Shown here: positions 58,072 to 64,000 of the stretch, one piece after another
Layout: each line of letters begins with the position of its first letter
How positions within the stretch are numbered: position 1 is the first letter of the stretch
From: Auanema rhodensis
Lineage: Eukaryota; Animalia; Nematoda
Reading direction: 5' to 3'
DNA length: 64,000 nucleotides
NCBI GenBank assembly: GCA_964057225.1
Contig: OZ059897.1
Location: 17,422,001-17,486,000 of the forward strand
Notes under the pieces: generated by a model
The model's database searches: none
Seen by the model: the letters and a program-made list of their open reading frames with translations, nothing else
What the model was told of the DNA's origin: nothing
Translations under genes and position numbers: made by a program

Positions 58072-58724
58072 CATTAAATTATTAATTTTTGAAATTACAA
58101 ATTGTTATTAATTATATTTATTCTAACAAGTAAAAGTTTCAAATTATAATAAAAGATTAGTTTTAAACTTTATTTTACTAATATAACAATACAATAACTA
58201 AATAGAGCACACATTGAAGGTAAATACAATAAGATTAACAAACAGTTGAGCTGACCTCAACGCACATCGATGGTTAATAAACACTAATAACTGCACTGTG
58301 GGGGTCTAAATATAGGATAATCATTTTAACATTTCAAAAGTTTTAGTAATATAATCATTGGTAAATATTAAAGAATGAAATATTTTTTACATATAAAACG
58401 TTGGCAGTCATATGTTTTGTGGTACAATATGGGTTTAAAAGTATACTATGATTAATATATGAGCTATTAAGCAAAGTTTAAAAAGCGTAAATGTTTTACA
58501 GAGATGGCTGTTGTTTATGGCACAAACGGTAAACAATAATGTTTAAAGAGATGTAAAAACTAATTAATATGCAGATTGTTTACAGGTTCAGAGTGCGCCA
58601 ACTGCTGGCAACTGTCGATGAGATGAGTATATCTGCATAAATATGCTGTAAAATCTAATTAATAAGAGAATTTCATCAGCAAACTTGATTGTAACACAAT
58701 GGGTTGTACTTTACAAAAATCTTT

Positions 58725-58763
58725 GTATAAAAGGTTGGCAATTTTGCTACATTTACATTTCAG
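58725..58763 (+). promoter_or_regulatory. Putative core promoter: TATA box GTATAAAAG plus downstream TTTCAG (initiator or trans-splice acceptor)
   Basis: GTATAAAAG at 58725-58733 and tttcag at 58758-58763, upstream of the ATG at 58885. Confidence 0.55.
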
Positions 58764-58884
58764 CTCTGCCGACTATCCGAGGATCCGACGTTTCACCATC
58801 TCCTGCCACTCTTTGCCATTCGCCATAGACTGCTCCTCTCTGCAAGTTTGCCTTATATTTTAGAAAGTTGGATCTTTAGCGGAA

Positions 58885-59471
58885 ATGAAGCGTGCTGTAC
58901 TTGCTGATGTGACAAATGTTGTGCGCAAATCGCCTGAACCTGAAGTACCACGACCACCCACACCAGCTCCAAATTTTACAAGTTTTGGTATGAACCTTAA
59001 CTTGTATTTTTTAAATCTTTAATTTAGATTCACCAATAAAGCAGATGGAGATTCTGAGAGAGAGCACTCCACCAAGGAGTGTATTAATGAGACCAATTTG
59101 TCTCTGCAAAACTTGTAGGGAATCATTGCAGGTTATAGACGAGTATCACTGTTTCAGCCTCTGTATAAAGTGTAGAGGAAGGAATGATGCGTTGGGTCTT
59201 TTGAAGGAATTTCGTCACTATAAGCCCGAAAAGTTCTCTATTAATGTAAGCTTGCATATTTATTTATTTTCAATTTTATCATTTTTTTTAGATGCGCTCT
59301 TATAACACCATGACGTGCAAGCAATTGTTGAACAATATGGGCTATATTGTTATATATGCAGATGAGGCTACTGTAAAGACTTTTGGTTATAAGCAGAATG
59401 TATTCTACTTTAAACTAAGTCCAGAAGCACTCAACCTGAACATGTTTATCCGCTTTGATCCTTCATTTTGA
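58885..59471 (+). CDS. Spliced accessory gene, ~166 aa; exons 58885-58987, 59028-59245, 59292-59471; N-terminal D-box, Pro-rich linker with S/T-P sites, Cys/His cluster
   Basis: GT..AG introns of 40 nt (gtatga..atttag) and 46 nt (gtaagc..ttttag) join three exons in one open frame: MKRAVLADVTNVVRKSPEPEVPRPPTPAPNFTSFDSPIKQMEILRESTPPR...CLCKTC...HCFSLCIKC...FSIN/MRSYNTMTCKQ...FDPSF*. Exon 2 contains the start of track ORF 59045. The 3' structure is uncertain. Confidence 0.7.
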
Positions 59472-59766
59472 CTACAACAAGCACAAATAGTACAATTGGC
59501 GTTTTATTCTTGTTTTGTTATGTGGCATTTTTATATTCTCAGCCGTAACATTTTTTTTCCAGCTCTTGCGAATATCCATCAATGGCTCATCAATTGAGGA
59601 CGAATGATCAACCAACTGGTAAGAATTTGAAAATTTGAATAGTCTACATTTTTTTTTTTCCAGGTTGAATTGTTGTTTGTATTTTGCTGGTTTTTTTATT
59701 GTTACATTATTCGATATATCAAATAAATCATTTATTATAATTACAATTGTTTATAACATTGAAAAA

Positions 59767-60834
59767 TTATACATTTAAATTTTCTGCATCTATCCATTCA
59801 TTAAAGTTGTCGGGATATCCACTCCATTTTACAAATACTTGACGTTTACCGCTTCGAGTACGCTCTTTTAAAACTTTTTCTATATAGTACTTGTTGCTTT
59901 TATTAGTAGCCAAGACAAGTTCAGGTTCGTAGAATATCCCCTTTATACGTTCACCATTATAATCTACAAGTTTATACACGGTTGGGTTTCCGGTTACAAC
60001 CTCATCAATTGTGAATAGCTCCATTGTATATCCAGACTCGTAGCTTTTTTCAAAAGTACGCCTATTTTTGCTTATGCGAACAGTATCACCAATTTTAAAG
60101 CGGCTTTTAACAGCTGATGCATATTCTTCAATGAATATATTTGCTTTAACATCAATGGGCCGCATTTTTATAGAGCGGTTATAAGATTTGTTTATTCCTT
60201 CAACCAAATCATCTAGGATATCAATCCATCGATGATTATTCTTGTAATAGAGATATTTCATCATGCGTGTTTTTAAAGTTCTATTTGCTCGCTCCACCAT
60301 TGCAGCCTTTTGTGGTGAACTTGTAGATCCGTGCAGTATGGCAAACTTTTTGAATAGTTTTTCACAATGACTATTATAAAACTCTGTGCCATTATCAGTA
60401 ATCAACTGAATTGGTATAAAATTCTTGAATAAACTTTCAAATGCACTAGCAACCTCTATACCACCTTTAGTTTTCAAAGGCCTAACATATAACATGCGTG
60501 TATAAACATCAATCATGGTCAACATGTAAGCATAGCCGTCGTTTAATTTTTTATATTTTTGCATATCAACCAAATCTGCTTGCACTGTTAGAAATCGACC
60601 ACATCCTCTAGTCTTTCTAGTCTGCATACGCATTCTGGTTGGTTTATGCCGTGTAAAAGTTTCAGAATCTTGCAAAAAATCATCAACTTGTACCTTTGAA
60701 ATGCCATGTTTTCGTGCTTGCGATAATAAATTCTTGGCTGATGTATATGAAGCTGGGTGTTTTATATCGTAATAAATGCTCGCCAAAATATCATTTCCAT
60801 AATCTAATGTAGAACCTTTTACGACCTTGGCCAT
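59767..60834 (-). CDS. Polinton retroviral-like DDE integrase with C-terminal chromodomain
   Basis: Catalytic motifs QADLVDM, ITDNGTEF and MVERANRTLK; Polinton-type N-terminus IYYD..HPASY; FKIGDTVRISK; chromodomain YYIEKVL...VKWSGYP...NEWI. First in-frame ATG is at 60834 (track start 60885 is TTG). Confidence 0.96.
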   Translation of the reverse strand: MAKVVKGSTLDYGNDILASIYYDIKHPASYTSAKNLLSQARKHGISKVQVDDFLQDSETFTRHKPTRMRMQTRKTRGCGRFLTVQADLVDMQKYKKLNDGYAYMLTMIDVYTRMLYVRPLKTKGGIEVASAFESLFKNFIPIQLITDNGTEFYNSHCEKLFKKFAILHGSTSSPQKAAMVERANRTLKTRMMKYLYYKNNHRWIDILDDLVEGINKSYNRSIKMRPIDVKANIFIEEYASAVKSRFKIGDTVRISKNRRTFEKSYESGYTMELFTIDEVVTGNPTVYKLVDYNGERIKGIFYEPELVLATNKSNKYYIEKVLKERTRSGKRQVFVKWSGYPDNFNEWIDAENLNV

Positions 60835-61507
60835 TCTGTGAGTCTCCTTCTTGTGGTGTGTAATATGATTCGGCGGCAGTATCAAAAGTCTTTGACCTTT
60901 TACTTTTGAGTGTACGAACCGGTGATGGTGAATATCTAATAACAGCTTTACGATGACGAGGCGTTCTAGGTAATATAGTAGAGTCCAAGTCTGTAACAGC
61001 CGGTTCAGCTCTAGTTACAACGTCAACTGAATCATTGTCAGCCGACTCTCTTCTAGTTTGTTTCTTGTTAGAACTTGGTACGCCTTTACTGGCTAAAAAC
61101 TTTGACAAAACTGAAAATCCATTGGGCTCCGTTTTTGTTTTATCCAATACAAAATCTAAAATTTTTGTAATATTCGTGTTTGGTACAGCCTCATTATTAA
61201 TCACAAGTTGGTTATTCTTGTTTGTGCGCACCTCTGGAAATTTCTCCCACAAATTGTTATACTTTCTTGGCAACTTGTATTCTGGCAATAGAGGTGGATC
61301 AGCATTTTCCACTTGTACTGATATGGGCGCATCTATACTTTCTCTATAGTTTTTGAGACGAGCAATCAAGTCTTCGTATAGTTCAGCCTTTTTATAGTCG
61401 GGTATAGCTCTATTTTCTCGTAAAAGCTTGAGCTCTGCATCAAACTTGTCTATATTAACTGTTTCCTCGTCGACAGGAATTAGTCGATATTTATGGTTGA
61501 GCTTCAT
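60791..61507 (-). CDS. Uncharacterised Polinton protein (238 aa), basic low-complexity C-terminus; possibly virion core/DNA-binding
   Basis: Long ATG-initiated ORF in the tightly packed ATPase-INT cassette; K/R-rich tail with a QNGQG motif. Function is inference only. Confidence 0.75.
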   Translation of the reverse strand: MKLNHKYRLIPVDEETVNIDKFDAELKLLRENRAIPDYKKAELYEDLIARLKNYRESIDAPISVQVENADPPLLPEYKLPRKYNNLWEKFPEVRTNKNNQLVINNEAVPNTNITKILDFVLDKTKTEPNGFSVLSKFLASKGVPSSNKKQTRRESADNDSVDVVTRAEPAVTDLDSTILPRTPRHRKAVIRYSPSPVRTLKSKRSKTFDTAAESYYTPQEGDSQNGQGRKRFYIRLWK

Positions 61508-61812
61508 GATTTAAAACCAAAATAGGCAATACCACATGTAACTATTGTTTTCAATTGTTTGTGTGAAAGCGTTTCCAATAATGATTTAGCCTTTTCCGGT
61601 GTGCGTATCAAAGCTATTTGACGTAATAATGAAGATATGGGCAAGAGGGTTTTATATTCCTTGTTAGTTAAAAGAAAATTATTATTTTTCACAATATTAA
61701 ATACAATTTCAACAATAATTTCAATTTGTGCAAAAGAAAATGAGGAAACAGAACAAGGAGTTTTGGCGCAAGAAGACAAAAAGTTGAAATTTGACAAAAT
61801 ACGACCACTCAT
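61504..61812 (-). CDS. Small Polinton protein (102 aa) downstream of ATPase
   Basis: ATG 12 nt after the ATPase stop; its stop overlaps the next ATG (ATGA). The pattern IVEIVFNIVKNN..L....K.L.....LLRQIA resembles, from memory, the small helical protein found next to Polinton ATPases. Confidence 0.7.
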   Translation of the reverse strand: MSGRILSNFNFLSSCAKTPCSVSSFSFAQIEIIVEIVFNIVKNNNFLLTNKEYKTLLPISSLLRQIALIRTPEKAKSLLETLSHKQLKTIVTCGIAYFGFKS

Positions 61813-61824
61813 TGAACAAGCACT

Positions 61825-62472
61825 TTAAACACTAAACACATTTCTGGCAACATAAACAATAGGGTTCTCCGCTGTTATATCAGATAGTATACGCTGCTTC
61901 TCACTTGTTAAAGGATGATTGTCAATCAGTAAATGACTATAGGGAGTAGACATTGCATCATCATACGCCTCTAGAGCATTTTTGAAACGTGGCCCAAATA
62001 ATTGCTGCAGACAATTACGTATTTGTAATATATCTGAATGACTTTTCATCAGTATTATATATGTACTATTGATTCGACTGGTCCTGTCCAGTTGAAATGC
62101 CGCTTGCACAAGATTAAACACTGCCAAATTCCAGTGATGAGCCCATACTGTAAAAATGTTGTTGAGTAATTCCTTTGCTGCTTTATTCGATGAAAAAAAG
62201 TTCATCAAATCATCCAGCACTAGTATAGTATTTACTCCCTTTTGTTCTTTTATCAAATCAGGATCAGGAGGCCCTTGAATAATTATTAAACGCTCATCAT
62301 TTATTGGTACACCTGACGATGACCCACATTGACTAAACCAGAATATTCTATCAATGGGGACGTTGAAAAACTTTTCAGTATTTTCACATATGTGCTTTAT
62401 GAGGGTTGTTTTACCGCATTGGGTAGCACCTATTACAGTTGTCTGACTGGGTAGTTTGAAGCTGAAAACCAT
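61825..62472 (-). CDS. A32/FtsK-HerA-type DNA packaging ATPase
   Basis: Walker A GATQCGKTT, Walker B ILVLDD, FTVWAHHWN..VFNLVQ and C-terminal PYSHLLID. First ATG is at 62472 (track start 62505 is TTG). Confidence 0.95.
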   Translation of the reverse strand: MVFSFKLPSQTTVIGATQCGKTTLIKHICENTEKFFNVPIDRIFWFSQCGSSSGVPINDERLIIIQGPPDPDLIKEQKGVNTILVLDDLMNFFSSNKAAKELLNNIFTVWAHHWNLAVFNLVQAAFQLDRTSRINSTYIILMKSHSDILQIRNCLQQLFGPRFKNALEAYDDAMSTPYSHLLIDNHPLTSEKQRILSDITAENPIVYVARNVFSV

Positions 62473-62551
62473 AATCAACCACTCGTAAATGTACCTAAAA
62501 TGCAAATGATTTCATTTGCAATAGTGTACACGTATCAAGTGGTGGTTTGTC
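62473..62551. promoter_or_regulatory. Putative bidirectional promoter with dyad symmetry between ATPase and minor capsid genes
   Basis: 79-bp divergent gap centred on the perfect inverted repeat tgcaaatga-tt-tcatttgca (62501-62520), with mirrored GTACA..AGTGGT..ATG arms. Confidence 0.65.
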
Positions 62552-63409
62552 ATGGATGATTTTTACATTACTCTTCCATCATCAGTTGACTCTGAAAAAA
62601 GTAATACATCATCAGTGTTTCTTACCAGATTACCTGAAACACTAAGGCTACGCAATAATAGGTATTGTATTGGGCTGACAGACATCATTTTTCCTTGTTC
62701 TATATTAAATGTTCAAAAAGATTTATCTTATACACTACGTTTTTCCAATAGAAAATTTATTCTACACTTGCCTAAAGGCAACTATGCAAATGGTGATGAA
62801 ATAATACGCGGAATCAATGCTGGAAGAGAATCATTTATCGCCAACAATACAAAGCCTCTTGGAGCTGAGGAAGAAGCACGTATAAAAAGTTTAATAGATA
62901 AAGATGAAGATGTAAAAAAATGGTATAATAATCGCCAGGCTGAGGCTAAGCTAGTGGAGGAAATGCTCGCAGATGCCACATTTCAGTTTAACAAAACATT
63001 GCAGCGCATAGAGTTTGTAACAAGCAAGCGACTATTAATGAATGCAACGCTTGGTGATGATTTTGCATATTTTCTTGGTTTTGAAAATAAAAACATCAAC
63101 GATACAATAATAGCCAGGCGTCCCATTGATTTTTCAAATAACATTAATACAATGTATATATATTGTGATATTGTAGAATATTCCATTCTTGGTAATGTGA
63201 AAGCTAATTTACTTGCATGTTTACCTGTACCACCTCCTACTGAATTTGGTAAAATGATTGCCAAAACATTTAATCCTATTCGTTATGTACCAATCACTAG
63301 ACAAACACTCGATACCATACGTATTGAAATTTTAGATGAATTTGGTCGTCCTATGCAATTTAATTATGGTTCTACAGTTGTTACATTGCATGTTAAAAAT
63401 ATGAAATAA
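62552..63409 (+). CDS. Polinton minor capsid protein (penton, single jelly-roll)
   Basis: Characteristic termini FYITLPS..NTSSVF.TRLP..L.L...Y.IGLTDIIFP and MYIYCDIVE..ILGNV.ANLL...RYVPI....DTIRIEILDEFGRPMQF..G.TVVTLH. Confidence 0.9.
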   Translation: MDDFYITLPSSVDSEKSNTSSVFLTRLPETLRLRNNRYCIGLTDIIFPCSILNVQKDLSYTLRFSNRKFILHLPKGNYANGDEIIRGINAGRESFIANNTKPLGAEEEARIKSLIDKDEDVKKWYNNRQAEAKLVEEMLADATFQFNKTLQRIEFVTSKRLLMNATLGDDFAYFLGFENKNINDTIIARRPIDFSNNINTMYIYCDIVEYSILGNVKANLLACLPVPPPTEFGKMIAKTFNPIRYVPITRQTLDTIRIEILDEFGRPMQFNYGSTVVTLHVKNMK

Positions 63410-63419
63410 ACGTTTTATT
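63405..63419. terminator. Back-to-back polyadenylation signals overlapping two convergent stop codons
   Basis: AATAAA (+, 63405-63410) contains the minor capsid TAA; TTTATT (63414-63419) contains the zinc-finger gene TAA on the minus strand. Confidence 0.6.
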
Positions 63420-63879
63420 CAACAGTTATACAATACCACATTTTTATTTTCGAAGGTTTAAAAGATAGTTTAGGGCAGTTTTGTTTGTCGCTCGGCTCGT
63501 GTTGTGAATGTTCTCCGTCACTATTGCTGCGGCATCTTTTTGATTGGGTTGAATGTACAAACTCCTCAGCTTTTTCAAAGGGTTTGCTGGTATCATTTCC
63601 ATCACCATCTTCACCATTCGTTCCATTATTATTATGAATACGCCGAATATGACGCTCACAATTGAATCTTGTTCCAAAAGTTTCACTACAATGAGGGCAC
63701 AAACGTCTACGAACACCATCCAAATGTCCATATTTTTGAATAAAGTCAGCATTGCTGATATAATTGTTACATATGGGTTGAATCCCTGCATGTCTTTTCA
63801 AAACGTGATCACTAAAATGCTTGGTTGAAGAAAATATTTCCTTGCATGTACCACAATATTTGTTACATAAAAGTTCCAT
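63415..63879 (-). CDS. C2H2 zinc-finger protein (two fingers, ~154 aa)
   Basis: CGTCKEIFSSTKHFSDHVLKRH and CPHCSETFGTRFNCERHIRRIH fit C-x2-C-x3-F-x8-H-x4-H. First ATG is at 63879 (track start 63909 is TTG). Confidence 0.85.
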   Translation of the reverse strand: MELLCNKYCGTCKEIFSSTKHFSDHVLKRHAGIQPICNNYISNADFIQKYGHLDGVRRRLCPHCSETFGTRFNCERHIRRIHNNNGTNGEDGDGNDTSKPFEKAEEFVHSTQSKRCRSNSDGEHSQHEPSDKQNCPKLSFKPSKIKMWYCITVE

Positions 63880-63917
63880 TAGAGGAAAATGAAAAACGAC
63901 CACACGCAATCAACCCA

Positions 63918-63927
63918 CTTTTATATA
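63918..63927 (-). promoter_or_regulatory. Putative TATA box of zinc-finger gene
   Basis: Minus strand reads TATATAAAAG about 40 nt upstream of the ATG at 63879. Confidence 0.5.
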
Positions 63928-64000
63928 ATGAGCAATAATATGACTAGTGTTGTACAAAAGCCCAATCCCAATGCTATACCTTTAATAAATGGCACTGAAA

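Larger units (their letters stand above)
57443..64000. mobile_element. Maverick/Polinton (virus-like DNA transposon), one end; truncated by window
   Basis: Abrupt exit from satellite into AGTAGAGAG, matching the AG-repeat termini typical of Polintons. Followed by subterminal repeats, retroviral-type integrase, A32-like ATPase and minor capsid protein genes. pPolB, major capsid and protease are not in the window. Confidence 0.96.

Noticed and set aside
58380-58660. Possible tiny spliced gene (MAVVYGTNG/SECANCWQLSMR) or minus-strand exon
   Set aside because: Splice-like signals occur on both strands and the products are very short; not supportable without RNA data.
59045-59305. Stand-alone 86-aa ORF with hydrophobic C-terminus
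   Set aside because: The tail (VSLHIYLFSILSFFL) is a translated T-rich intron (59246-59291); better explained as exon 2 of a spliced gene.
58885-59471. Rb-binding LxCxE motif in the accessory protein
   Set aside because: The closest sequence, LCKTCRE, does not fit LxCxE spacing.
61035-63828. ORFs 61035-61349(+), 61637-61828(+), 62782-62979(-), 62983-63264(-), 63444-63791(-), 63553-63828(+)
   Set aside because: Shadow frames overlapping better-supported genes, with no motifs.
57443-64000. LTR retrotransposon (chromovirus) or prophage
   Set aside because: No RT, gag or LTR; the ATPase, minor capsid, AG-repeat terminus and spliceosomal introns indicate a eukaryotic Polinton.

Overview
Eukaryotic, probably invertebrate and nematode-like (40-46 nt introns, TTTTAG/TTTCCAG acceptors, GTATAAAAG TATA box; the host call is inference). 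About 57.4 kb is satellite DNA from two AT-rich families. SatA has a 176-bp monomer and runs forward at 1-8510 and inverted at 9123-14166. SatB has a 351-bp monomer, with an island at 8511-9056 and a main array at 14167-57442 (~123 copies, 3-mer/5-mer higher-order repeats). A complex inversion junction joins them at 8.5-9.1 kb. At 57443 the SatB array is cleanly interrupted by the left end of a Maverick/Polinton (AGTAGAGAG terminus) that runs off the window. It encodes a DDE integrase with a C-terminal chromodomain, two unknown/conserved ORFs, an A32-like packaging ATPase, a minor capsid protein and a two-finger C2H2 protein. It also carries a spliced accessory gene that the ORF track only partly captures, whose product starts with a cyclin-type destruction box (RAVLADVTN) followed by CDK-type sites and a Cys/His cluster. 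The 32 repeated 65-aa ORFs are satellite artefacts. All coordinates and translations were read by eye.
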